DNA of 32,000 bases, taken from contig NC_008312.1 of assembly GCF_000014265.1 (NCBI RefSeq), forward strand, positions 7,020,001 to 7,052,000. Reading direction: 5' to 3'. A model generated the notes under the pieces. It was given only the letters and a program-made list of their open reading frames with translations. It ran no database searches and was not told where the DNA came from. This document shows positions 1 through 9,737 of the stretch, piece by piece. The stretch's first letter is position 1; each line of letters starts with the position of its first letter. The DNA is from Trichodesmium erythraeum IMS101 (GTDB lineage Bacteria > Cyanobacteriota > Cyanobacteriia > Cyanobacteriales > Microcoleaceae). The position numbers and the translations under genes were made by a program.

Positions 1-560
1 TTTATTAGAACAAGTAAAAAAAAAAAGAAAATGAATTGGAATGGGTAAAGGAGATATTAACAGAATTAGAATTAATTGTAGATAGTACAGAACAAAGTAG
101 AGAAAGACCAAGTGAATATAAAGACCAATAAAAATATAAAATATGAAAAAATAAAAATCATACTTTTAAAAATCAAATAATAACGACACCAAAAGGAACA
201 GAAATAGTAGATGTAATAGTAGGAGAAAAAGGTCCAGTAAGTGATGTAAAAATATTAAGAAAACAACAGGATAAATTTGATAAAAAACAAAAATTTCAAG
301 GAGATAAAGCTTATGAAGGAGTAGAAAGAACTACTACACCAAAAAAGAAACCAAGAAAAAAAGAAATGCCGCTAGAAATCAAAGAAGAAAATCAAGAAAA
401 AGCCAGAAAGAGAATATTTGTAGAACATGTAATAAGATTAATTAAAATATTTGGAATTGCTAGAGAAAGATTCAGATTAAAAGATAATAATTATCAAAAA
501 GTAATCTTAACAATATGTGGTTTAGTGCGACTAAGAATTGGATCTTTTATATTAGCATAA
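1..560 (+). pseudogene. 3' part of a DDE_Tnp_4/Harbinger-like (IS5-superfamily) transposase, cut by the window edge and carrying in-frame stops
   Basis: One reading frame (the phase of ORF 366..560) reads ...LIVDSTEQSRERP...HTFKNQ...GDKAYEG...FVEHVIRLIKIFGIARERFR. These are the D, D and E blocks typical of this transposase type. The frame is broken by stops at 6-8, 15-17, 129-131 and 144-146. Confidence 0.7.
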
Positions 561-733
561 ACCATCAAAAGCTGAGATAAAAAGAATAAATTAAAGTACA
601 ATAAATATTTGAATTAGTAACACAAAGTATCTCTGATGCCCATAAAACTGTACAAATTAACTATCTTCATAAGTAGCGATCGCACCACTAAAGATAGTTA
701 GGATAAGCGTTTGAGTATTTTTGGAGATGTCTA

Positions 734-955
734 TTGGTGCGTTTTCTGCTGAAGTTTGTCTTGCTCAGAGGTTTATCGGGAGGGGAGCACTAAATAAATA
801 AAGCGCAATAGTTAATATCTTCTGTTTGAGACTGAAAGTATTGGTGCGTTTTCTGCTGAAGTTTGTCTTGGTCAGAGGTTTATCGGGAGGCGAACGCTAA
901 ATAAATAGAGCGCAATAGTTAATATCTTTTGTTGGAGACTGAATGTATTGGTGTA
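734..955. repeat. 107-bp tandem repeat: two full units (734-840, 841-947) plus the first 8 nt of a third
   Basis: Direct comparison shows both units start TTGGTGCGTTTTCTGCTGAAGTTTGTCTTG and differ at about 9 of 107 positions. A third start, TTGGTGTA, lies at 948. The array stops at the IS630-like left inverted repeat. Confidence 0.9.
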
Positions 956-1148
956 TTATATCATGTCCGGATGATTAGGTATAATAAAAATGAACTGACT
1001 ATCGCCAGTCTATAGAACCCATTTGAGATCTCTAGCCAGAGGCTACAAGTCTCTTAATCATTAGTATGACAAAGCAAAGATTCAGTTTTGTCGTCGCATT
1101 CGATAGAGTTCTCTCAAAGTTCTTCACCAGAATCTTACATCTTTCCAT

Positions 1149-2233
1149 GGCTTTGTTGCATGAATGTTGCGCTCGCAACTTCTCCCCAGAAGAGAAGTTA
1201 ATTAGTGAAGAGCGAATTCTACTTTGTAGCTTTCTGGCTGACAATTCTGTATCATACGATTAAGTATGGCACATTGTACGAACAATTCCACTGCCTGATT
1301 GTCGAATTTCCGTCGTCGCAACTTACCTCCAAATATTACTTTCAGTCTAAACATAGTTGTTTTTCACTTTCGACGTCGGTGATATCCACTCTCACGTTTC
1401 CACTTTTTGCGTCCTACCTTACGAATCTCTCTGAGGTTCTCGTCCCTAGGATGAGGTGGACTATTACAATTACCATGATGCCAGATGACTGCATTTTTAC
1501 GGGGTGGTATGGTTGGTTTGGCTCCTCTGTGACTTGCTGCGGAGTAGCACTTGCGTTTGTGATATGCTCCATCACCTGACACTTGACCTATCTCGCTTTC
1601 TACGACCTCTAGTAGTTGGCAAAATACTTGGTCGTCACTGACATCGTTGGTACTAACCACTGCAGTTACTATTTCCCCTGTGGCCTCATTCACACCTAGA
1701 TGCAACAAAGCCCCATGTACGACGTTTACCTACTCCATGAATTCTTGTTTTCCACTCTCCTTCTCCATAAACTTTGACTCCCGTCAATCTACCACCAGGT
1801 GAATTGCTTCTGTTGCTGGAATTACTGGTATTTCTATGTTCAATTTACCCAAGCGACGAGAAAAAGTACTGTGGTCTGGGACTGGTAACTCTAGTCCCAT
1901 TAGAGAAAATATAGATTCTAAAAAGCCCTCAGTTTGACGTCCTGCCAAGCTAAATAAAGTCGAAAGTGTTGCCATCAATTCGATCGCCACATTACTGTAA
2001 GTATTTGATGCTCCCTTGCGTCCTGTTTTCTTTTGGTTAAGCCATTGGTCTATTACCTCTTGATATAGCCAAAATGTCAGACTGCCTCGTTGCTAACTGG
2101 ATGCATCATACTCAGGCCAATTCTTGACCTTGTACTGAGACTTAGACTTGGACTTGGACTTACTCATATCTACTGATTCGTATTATCCTGATGCTATTTA
2201 TAGCCTAAACGTCACCTTTTGTGCAACAAAGCC
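1149..2233 (-). mobile_element. IS903-group (IS5-family) element, 1085 bp
   Basis: The 12-bp terminal inverted repeat GGCTTTGTTGCA at 1149-1160 matches its reverse complement at 2222-2233. It is flanked by a perfect 9-bp direct repeat TCTTTCCAT (1140-1148 and 2234-2242). The GGCTTTGTTG terminus, roughly 1.06-kb size and 9-bp duplication are the recalled hallmarks of IS903. Confidence 0.85.
1202..2167 (-). pseudogene. IS903-like DDE transposase with in-frame stops and local frameshifts
   Basis: The reading is MSKSKSKSKSQYKVKNWPEYDASS*QRGSLTFW...HLVVD, then a shifted segment TGVKVYGEGEWKTRIHGVGKRRTW, then LHLGVNEATGEI...GDGAYH...YHRRRK*KTTMFRLKVIFGG...CAILNRM. The stop is at 1202-1204. Confidence 0.8.
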
Positions 2234-2660
2234 TCTTTCCATCCAACTATTTGAACGTTCAATTACCCATCTGGCGATTGCTGGAACAAATCCTGATTTG
2301 CCTTGTGCTGCTTTCTCTTGTTTTGAAGGTTTTGTTGAAAGTTCAAACTTAATTTTTCTCATAATTTGTGGATAGATCTTTTCTAATTCCTCTCTCAAGT
2401 GGTCTGGGTGATAACCATGATCTAAGAGAATCGTAATCTTCGGAATATTCACTGGCTTGGATTTGAAATAGTCAATGTTCAAGCTCAACATTTCAATCAA
2501 TCCTGCATCATCAGTGACATTTGCCCGGGTACAATGAGTAAAAAAGGGAAATCCTAATGTATCTACAGCTAGATGCCTTTTAATACCATTGGTCGACTTG
2601 TAGAAACAGAAACCCTTTGAGTCTACACTAGCATTACAGGTATTTTTCACGGCTTGGGAA

Positions 2661-2981
2661 TCAATGATGATCAAGGTTGTCCCGGAGCGCTTTTTTTTTC
2701 ACTTGCTGACGCACTCTTGGATGTAAAGCATCCATAAGTTTCTCAATCACTCCGGCATCTCGCCATTGTTTGTAATACCAATAGACCGTGGAATAGGGAG
2801 GCAGCTCCTTGGGCAAATCTCCCCAATTGCAGCCATTCTTAAGTTGATAGAAGATACCATCGAGGATTTCTCGTTTTGTCCAATCAGGGGGACGTGTTTG
2901 CTTTTTTGGAGGCAATAGCTCAAGCAACAGAGGTTCAACGATTTCCCATTCTGGGTCAGTAAGACAGCTCGAATATGTCAT
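2661..2981 (-). CDS. IS5-family transposase orfA (106 aa)
   Basis: MTYSSCLTDPEWEIVEPLLLELLPP...ILDGIFYQLKNGCNWGDLP...YWYYKQWRDAGV is the typical N-terminal module of IS427/IS1031-type transposases. It ends just after an A9 run. Confidence 0.75.
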   Translation of the reverse strand: MTYSSCLTDPEWEIVEPLLLELLPPKKQTRPPDWTKREILDGIFYQLKNGCNWGDLPKELPPYSTVYWYYKQWRDAGVIEKLMDALHPRVRQQVKKKALRDNLDHH

Positions 2982-3059
2982 TGTGATTAGATTAAACTGC
3001 TGTCATTAGCTTAACTTTATACCGGTAAAAGATCTCAAATAGGCTCTATAGGAGGGAGT

Positions 3060-4150
3060 TATGCCGAAGCTAGTCACAATTGAAAAACACTTAAGAGTAG
3101 AAGATTTAGAGGAAAGATATCGTAATGCCCAGGAAGTAACTGAGAAAATTCACTTGTCTTACAATTTGGTTATTAGCCACTGGTAGGACTTGCTTAGAGG
3201 TCTCTGAAGTAACAGGTTACAGTCGAAATTGGATATACCGATTGGTACGTCGTTATAATACTGAAGGAACAAAAGGATTGGGAGACCAAAGAAAAAGAAA
3301 TATCGGCCGTGAATCATTACTGGATGATGTAAATCAAACTCAATTGTGGCAGCTACTACAGCAACCAGCTCCAGATGGAAGACTCTGGAATAGTAGAAAA
3401 CTAGCAGATTGGTTGAGTGACAAGATTGGCCGTCAAGTCTCTCGCCAGAGAGGGTGGGAATATCTACAACACGCTGGACTTTCGGCTCAAGGTACCACGT
3501 CCAAGTCATCGTGACAGTTGCCTTTCAGAAACATTTGTTGTGAAAAAAAAACTCTCTCAACAGTTAGCTAAACTTCAAAGTAAATACCCACAAGCAGATA
3601 TAGAAGTGTGGTGCTCAGATGAGCAAAGATTAGGACTACAACCAAAAGGTCGTCGAGTGTGGACAAAACTTGGAGAACAACCAGTTGCTGATGTGAAGAC
3701 TCAATACCAATGGCTATGGCTTTATGGTTTTCTCCACCCTGAGTCTGGAGAAACATATTTCTGGATTTTACCTCAAGTCAATACAGAGTTGTTTAATCGT
3801 GTTTTAACAGATTTAGCACGAGAATTTGACCTCAATCAAAATAAACGTATACTGCTGGTGTTAGAACAAGCAGGATGGCATACCACTAACAAGCTGGTAT
3901 TACCTGAAGGTATTGACCTGTTTTTTCTGCCTAGCCATTCACCAGAACTACAACCGGCAGAACGTTTACGGCCTTTAACTAATGAGGCGATAAAACTCCG
4001 TTTCGCTCCGCGATCGCTAACCACTCACCAGAAAACTTAGATGAATTAGAACATCTGCTGATCTATCGCTGCCAGAAAATTATGGAGCAGCAGGAATTTG
4101 TCCGGGGGTTAACCTATTTTCACTCTTTGCCTCACACTAGAAATACTTAA
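3060..4150 (+). pseudogene. IS630-family DDE transposase, inactivated by at least three frame changes
   Basis: ATG at 3060 is preceded by GGAGGGAG. The reading MPKLVTIEKHL... stops after 41 codons and continues in other phases (ORFs 3242..3514 and 3417..4040, then a tail to the TAA at 4148-4150). It has an HTH-like N-terminus and DEQRLGL...SPELQPAERL blocks. Confidence 0.8.
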
Positions 4151-4322
4151 TCATCACTAATCATCCGGACATGATATAACGCTTATCATACGTATTATCA
4201 TTTTACTATTAGTGTGATAGACTCATGGATCTTATTTAATTCTTATTCCTAAAGTCCTTATAAGGATAGTCAAGATTAGCGATCGCCAGTTCCCAAATAT
4301 CTGGCTCTTCTGACTTCCCCTG

Positions 4323-5330
4323 TTAAAAAAACTGTGCTAAACGACGTAACACTAAATATTCCCAACTAAAGATCGAATATCCATAACCTTGTTGTTTGAC
4401 TGCTGCAACCTGTTTTTGCACTGTATTAAGTGAGAAAGGAACAACATTCCAGGTTGCTGAGATACCAACTCCAACTGGCATATAATAAGAAGCAGTGTAA
4501 ATACCAGAATTTGATAAACTTGCTACTACTGCTTCTGGTGTTGGGCGATAAATCTGTAATACCACTTCATCTACTATCTTTTGTTTTACCCACCATAACC
4601 AATCTTGATTATATCTAGAAACAGCAAAGTGGTAAGGATTAGGGGAAATACTGACTACCAGTTGGGGATTTTTGGCTTTAATGTGATTATAAACCTTCTG
4701 GGTTAAGCTGGTTAACGCCTGACGTTGATTAATATTACCAAAAGCCTTGGGAACAGCCCAATGATCGTCTAATTGAATGCCAGCTAACCCTTTGATTTTA
4801 AGAATATCATCTATATGGCCTAAAATATATTCTTGAACTTCTCGATGAGTTGGATCTAGCCAGACATTTCCATCTTCTACAATTTCCCCTTCTCCGGTTT
4901 TTAGCAACCAATCTGGATGTTTCTTAACAATAGCATTTTTAGGGTAAAGCATTAAACCATATTCAAACCAGGCATAAGGCTTTAATCCTTGACGGCGAGA
5001 TTCTTGAACTGCCGCTTTAAGAGGGTTAGTCAAAGGAGGACGCAACAGAAAGTAAGTGGAACTATGAGAAGTCGGGTAAAGAGTTCCTTTAAAACCATAA
5101 ACACTGAAATAAACACGGTCATATCCTGAGATGGAAAGCTGATGTAGGATTTCATCTAAGTATGTGGTGTGATGTAGAAATGCTGTGGCAATATTGGTTA
5201 ACCAAATTCCTTGCATCTTGTCTTTAACTACAGGAGAACGAGGAGAGGCATGATGAGTTACCACTAATAATAAACAAACTCCTATTAGGATGCTTAACCA
5301 TCTGAGGAATTTTTTGATGATTCTTTTCAT
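4323..5330 (-). CDS. GHL10/DUF187-type glycoside-hydrolase-like protein with an N-terminal hydrophobic anchor or signal
   Basis: 335-aa ORF with N-terminus KKFLRWLSILIGVCLLLVV. It carries the blocks GIWLTN, YDRVYFSVYGFKGTLYPTS, RRQGLKPYAWFEYG, WLDPTHREVQEYI and GIQLDDHW, which resemble the GHL10 family. Confidence 0.7.
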   Translation of the reverse strand: MKRIIKKFLRWLSILIGVCLLLVVTHHASPRSPVVKDKMQGIWLTNIATAFLHHTTYLDEILHQLSISGYDRVYFSVYGFKGTLYPTSHSSTYFLLRPPLTNPLKAAVQESRRQGLKPYAWFEYGLMLYPKNAIVKKHPDWLLKTGEGEIVEDGNVWLDPTHREVQEYILGHIDDILKIKGLAGIQLDDHWAVPKAFGNINQRQALTSLTQKVYNHIKAKNPQLVVSISPNPYHFAVSRYNQDWLWWVKQKIVDEVVLQIYRPTPEAVVASLSNSGIYTASYYMPVGVGISATWNVVPFSLNTVQKQVAAVKQQGYGYSIFSWEYLVLRRLAQFF

Positions 5331-5684
5331 TAGAGTTATTGGGAAACAACTTAGGTTAGGGAAAAATGAAAACTCAAATTAATTTTGGCTAGTGATTTTA
5401 TTATTTATGCTGGCATCAGGTGAAAGTTCCATAGTCTAGCTTTTGTTTCCATTCATTTGTCATCAAAATCATCCTGATGATTACGGTAAAATGATTAACA
5501 GCCGCATCGTGCTTGACGCCAGCGAAGGCATTTTCATATATCACCCACTTATTGACTCAATGTCCGATTCTCCTACTTTTGTTGTTGCTGTTAATTCTCC
5601 CCCTTTGGTTTTTTGTAAAGTTGGAGATTAGTTTTCGCAGAAGTCTATTTTGAAGTTAAGTTTTTCTCTCTGATTTTTTTGTTT

Positions 5685-6989
5685 CTACAAAACCCTTAAT
5701 ATACTGGGAATGCTATTAATAACATCTAATGATTGAATTTCCTCTAATGCTTGCCGGAAGTTGCCTTCTCGTACATCACGGGTAACAACAACTATTTCTG
5801 CAAGTTGATTATGTATTCCTGTTTGTACCACAGATTCTAAACTAACACTATATTTACCAAAACAACTACCAAGTTTACCTATTACTCCTGGTTTATCTTG
5901 AGTTAAGAAACGAGCATAAAATCTAGTGATCAGTTCTTTTATGGGTACTATTTCACAATATTTTTGATGAGTACAACTTAATAATGGATGGGGAATGGGT
6001 TCGGTTTCTGTTTGCAGAATAGCCGCAATATTCATAATATCAGAAACTACTGCACTGGCAGTTGGACCAGCACCGGCACCAGGACCAAAAAACATAACTT
6101 GTCCGATGGGTTCTCCTTCAATGAAGATAGCGTTGTCAACATCGTTGATACTGGCAAGGGGATGAGTTTTGGGAATGAGGGTAGGATGTACTCTGAGTTG
6201 AAGTTTATCAGAGGTGAAGTTAGTATTTTTAGGAGCTTGCTTGGCGATCGCTAATAATTTAATTACGAAATTTAGTTGAGCAGCGTAGGTAATATCTGCT
6301 GCTGTTATTTGACGAATACCTTCGCAGTAAATGTCTTCTAATTTTATGAAACCACTAAAAGCAAGGGAACCAAGAATGGCGATTTTATCTTTGGCATCTA
6401 ACCCTTCCACATCAGCAGTGGGATTTGCCTCTGCGTAACCCAGCTTTTGAGCATCAGCAAGAACATCTGCAAAGTCTGCTCCCTCTTTTTGCATTTTAGT
6501 AAGGATGTAGTTAGTTGTCCCGTTGATGATACCAGTAATAGAATGAATGCGATTTACTGTTAGAGATTCTTTGAGGGGTTGAATAACTGGAATTCCACCT
6601 CCTACTGATGCTTCTAACATAACATAGACACTTTTTTTATTAGCTGCATCAAAAATTTCTGGACCGTAACGAGAGATGACAGCTTTGTTGGCAGTGACTA
6701 TATGTTTACCATGTTCGATAGCTTTGAGAATTAGACTTCTTGCTGGTTCTAACCCACCGATGAGTTCTATTATTATGTCTACATCTGGGTCAGTAGCTAT
6801 CGCCTCTAAATCTGTTGTTAAAATATTTGGAGATATATTAATATCCCTAGTTTTGGATATATCACGCACTCCAACTCGGTATATTTCCAATTCATTAATT
6901 AAAGGATGACGACCTTGTGGGGATAGCAAAATTTTTGCTGTCCCTATACCGACTGTTCCTAATCCCAACAAACCGATTTTGAATACCAC
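5685..6989 (-). CDS. hom: homoserine dehydrogenase
   Basis: 434-aa ORF with a GTG start. It has a Rossmann N-terminus (IGLLGLGTVGIGTAKIL), a catalytic region (NKAVISRYG...GGGIPVI...INGTTNYILT) and a C-terminal ACT-like segment (FYARFLTQDKPGVIGKLG). Confidence 0.95.
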   Translation of the reverse strand: MVFKIGLLGLGTVGIGTAKILLSPQGRHPLINELEIYRVGVRDISKTRDINISPNILTTDLEAIATDPDVDIIIELIGGLEPARSLILKAIEHGKHIVTANKAVISRYGPEIFDAANKKSVYVMLEASVGGGIPVIQPLKESLTVNRIHSITGIINGTTNYILTKMQKEGADFADVLADAQKLGYAEANPTADVEGLDAKDKIAILGSLAFSGFIKLEDIYCEGIRQITAADITYAAQLNFVIKLLAIAKQAPKNTNFTSDKLQLRVHPTLIPKTHPLASINDVDNAIFIEGEPIGQVMFFGPGAGAGPTASAVVSDIMNIAAILQTETEPIPHPLLSCTHQKYCEIVPIKELITRFYARFLTQDKPGVIGKLGSCFGKYSVSLESVVQTGIHNQLAEIVVVTRDVREGNFRQALEEIQSLDVINSIPSILRVL

Positions 6990-8525
6990 AATTATTAACC
7001 TTTCCTAAATAATTTTTTTTGAGCAAAGTTCAGCTATTATAGCTGAATACTTTTTAAGTTTAACAGATAAGTATAAAAAAAAATAGTCTATTCAAAAAAA
7101 ATAGTCTACCCTGGAATAATATTATCTCTATTTAAATAGTTATTATTGAAATAGTCATTGATTTCAGTTATTAGTTATTAATTATTAGTACAGAGGTTAA
7201 AAATGCTAAAGTTTATTCTTTTAATATCCTGAAAATAGAAAACTTGATGGCTGATTTGTTTGTCAGTAGTACTAGTAAGGAGTAGAGGATAAATTTGAAT
7301 ATATTTTATTTATCTGGGAATAGAGAATAGGTAATAAAGATTAATTATAAAGTATATAGTAATCTAAGTAAAGGGCTAGTAAATTTCTAAATTCTCAAAC
7401 TCATTCAAATAGCATTTTTATTTGAGATATGAAAACTGAGTACTATTAAAAAGGCAATAAGTTTGGAGGTAATGAGAAATAATTAAGAAGGATAAAAGTA
7501 TTAAATAGTAGTTAATAAAAGGATACATAATATTCAATACAGCTCTTTTTTATGAGAAAAAAACCTGAATATAGATTTACATCTTATTTGAAAATACTAT
7601 AGATTATTTTTGATTTTTACATAAGTGATTTTTGCCTTGGGTGTAGCCCTAACTTCGCCATCTGCCAAAAGTACTGTATGTCTGATGACTTACTCATTAA
7701 TTTTATCTTTTAATCCTGATTCAATTTTTTTATTCTTGTTTCTCTGGTCTTCCTTATTACTTGCTTAATAAATACTCTCAGCTAAATATTTAAACAGCTA
7801 TCATAAATTGAGAAAGTTTATCAACTTTTTCCAAGTAACAAAGACTATTTAGGTATTTATGAAAACTTGGGTTTAGTAACTGATAAATGAATTTTTGTTT
7901 ATTGTATTTATCTGAGTAATTCAGAATTTTAGATACTTTCACAAGCTGTTTCAAATATTGCATTTTTACAATATACAATCTATTTTTAGACAGTGTTTTA
8001 CTTTTACTAAAAAGAGCAATATATAAAAATAATTCATAATTCAGTGCAAATAAATTTGGTAATATTTCAGATGTGGGAGGCAGTAATATATTTTCAATAT
8101 TTAAAACCATGAATGATGCTTATAATATTTCTCAAATACAGGGAAAAATTTCTCATATTTTCAAGTTTTTTTTCTAGCTAATCTGGCTATTTTAGGAGTA
8201 GCAATATCTTTATCTCTGGAGGATAAAGTTGGGAATTTTTAGGTGGGAAAATAAGCATATTTATTATAAATACAAGAGTTTCTCCATTATTAAAATTGCC
8301 AATATTAAAGTTGCGAAAGACTAGAAATAATCCTGATTTATTAACCGATATTGTTGATGAATTATTTAGTCTAATAATATTAGAGAATGAACAGGCGTTT
8401 CAGTCAATTTAGTTTATGAAATTTAAGTTGTGTTGTAAACTGACATACCTTAAATATTGTATTATAAAAAATCTGAAAGAAAACATAAGATAATGATTAT
8501 TCAATATCTCAAGAGGTAAGTTTTC

Positions 8526-9737
8526 CTAAGAAGCTCCCCCACTCTTTTCCTCAAGATTTCCTACTCCCTGAATAAAAGGTAAATCTTCATTAATTCTCTC
8601 CATTTCTAGCTGCTCCATTTCATTGACTTGCCCAATATAAGATAAAAATATTTTGGACAAACGGTTATGATAAAATCTGTGCATACTATGGTTAGGTGTG
8701 GCGGGAAAACCACGGCGTTTTTTATGTCGCCCTCCAGCACCAGGGTCAAAACTCTTAATACCATTTTGGATCGCCCATTCTATCGGTGTATAATAACAAG
8801 CATCAAAATGTAAACAGTCTATTTCATAATTACTACCCCAGTAACGTCCATAAAGGCGATCGCCCTTGGTAATACAAAATGACATTCCTACTGGAAACCG
8901 ATCATTTTCTTCACTATAACCAGCAACAAATAATACTCGATGGCGAAAGTTGTGATGTAATTGTTCAAAAAACCGCCTCGTCAGATATTTACTCCCCCAC
9001 CAACCAAATTTATCGCAGGTACTCTCGTAAAAATTATACATCTTAGAACAGAGGGCTTTCGATATCTCATCTCCTGTGAGAGTCTGCATTTGTAAACCGG
9101 CTTTTCCTACCGCTTTTCGTTCTCGCTTAATATTACGACGTTGGTTAGCATTAAATACCTTAAGGTAGTCGTCAAAAGTTTGATAACCTTGGTTTTGCCA
9201 AATATAGCTATGATGAAGCCAATTGGTAAAACCATTGCGTTTAATTATGGGGTGCCATTCCGGATCGACATAGAGAAAATGACATCCAGAAATATTATGG
9301 CGATCGCAAAAGTAGTCAATTTCACTGACCATCATGGCTGTTATTTCATCCTCATCTTCCCCAGATGCTATCAAAAACCTATATCCCTCAGCTGGAGTAA
9401 AGGGAGACATTCCTAATAACTTCGGATAATATTCAATACCTAAGCGATAGGAAATTTCGGCCCATTGATGGTCAAAGACAAATTCACCTTGACTGTGGCC
9501 TTTAAGATATAATGGTGCTGCTGCTATGAGTTGTCTGTCCCGCCATACTGTTAAATGTTGGGGTAGCCATCCACTTCTACCACCCACACTACCAGATTTT
9601 TCCATATTGTGGAGCCAGTCCCATTCTAGAAAAGGAGTTTTGAGGGGTTGGGCCAGAGCATCCCACTCGGGTTTGGGGACTTCTGCAATTTTACTTATCC
9701 AGGCTATAGAATATTGAGGTTTAGGCTGTTGGATCAT
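8526..9737 (-). CDS. FemAB-like/DUF482 (GNAT-fold) protein
   Basis: 403-aa ORF with the blocks PFLEWDWLHNMEKSGS, LYLKGHSQGEFVFDHQWA, YYPKLLGMSPFTPAEG, LYGRYWG, LHFDACYY and DPGAGGRHKKRRGF, which are characteristic of this family. Confidence 0.85.
   Translation of the reverse strand: MIQQPKPQYSIAWISKIAEVPKPEWDALAQPLKTPFLEWDWLHNMEKSGSVGGRSGWLPQHLTVWRDRQLIAAAPLYLKGHSQGEFVFDHQWAEISYRLGIEYYPKLLGMSPFTPAEGYRFLIASGEDEDEITAMMVSEIDYFCDRHNISGCHFLYVDPEWHPIIKRNGFTNWLHHSYIWQNQGYQTFDDYLKVFNANQRRNIKRERKAVGKAGLQMQTLTGDEISKALCSKMYNFYESTCDKFGWWGSKYLTRRFFEQLHHNFRHRVLFVAGYSEENDRFPVGMSFCITKGDRLYGRYWGSNYEIDCLHFDACYYTPIEWAIQNGIKSFDPGAGGRHKKRRGFPATPNHSMHRFYHNRLSKIFLSYIGQVNEMEQLEMERINEDLPFIQGVGNLEEKSGGAS

Larger units (their letters stand above)
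1032..2674 (-). pseudogene. IS5-family transposase orfB, split by the IS903-like insertion (parts 2234-2674 and 1032-1148)
   Basis: The upstream part reads IIIDSQAVKNT...ERSNSWMER and the downstream part reads MERCKILVKNFERTLSNATTKLNLCF. Both copies of the 9-bp duplication encode MER, so in silico excision restores one continuous ORF. Confidence 0.8.
1011..3049 (-). mobile_element. IS5-family element of the IS427/IS1031 orfA-orfB type (about 0.94 kb without its own insert), inserted in the leader of the IS630-like element
   Basis: Imperfect terminal inverted repeats: TAGAACCCATTTGAGATCT (1013-1031) versus the reverse complement of AGATCTCAAATAGGCTCTA (3029-3047), 17 of 19 matching. They are flanked by TA (1011-1012) and TA (3048-3049). 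The element lies between the IS630 left repeat and the IS630 transposase ATG. Confidence 0.75.
956..4179 (+). mobile_element. IS630-family insertion sequence (about 1.19 kb once the nested insert is removed) with perfect 23-bp terminal inverted repeats
   Basis: TTATATCATGTCCGGATGATTAG at 956-978 is the exact reverse complement of 4157-4179. The outer TA dinucleotides fit the TA target duplication of IS630/Tc1-type elements. The internal transposase is of IS630 type. Confidence 0.8.

Noticed and set aside
1-560. Extreme purine richness and C depletion of the plus strand, considered as a hypermutation footprint
   Set aside because: It is explained by a Lys/Glu/Arg-rich transposase coding strand in an AT-rich genome. 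I cannot distinguish directional mutation without an intact reference copy.
734-955. Possible CRISPR array (also considered for the heptamer array at 10311-10394)
   Set aside because: The repeats are directly abutting with no unique spacers. The unit lengths (107 bp and 7 bp) are outside the CRISPR range, and no cas genes are present.
966-985. TCCGGA followed by TATAAT, reminiscent of the heterocyst-specific DIF-type promoter motif
   Set aside because: Only 8 nt separate the two boxes. The TCCGGA is part of the IS630-like terminal inverted repeat and recurs in the other TIR (4165-4170) and in the solo remnant at 16441-16446.
1066-1579. Plus-strand ORFs 1066-1263 and 1205-1579
   Set aside because: They are antisense to recognisable transposase reading frames and cross the IS903-like terminus at 1149, so they cannot be ancestral genes.
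7790-8110. 106-codon minus-strand ORF in the large spacer
   Set aside because: Its composition mirrors the AT-rich DNA (K, N, L, Y, I). It has no motif or ribosome-binding context that I can point to, so it is kept only as a remark under the spacer finding.
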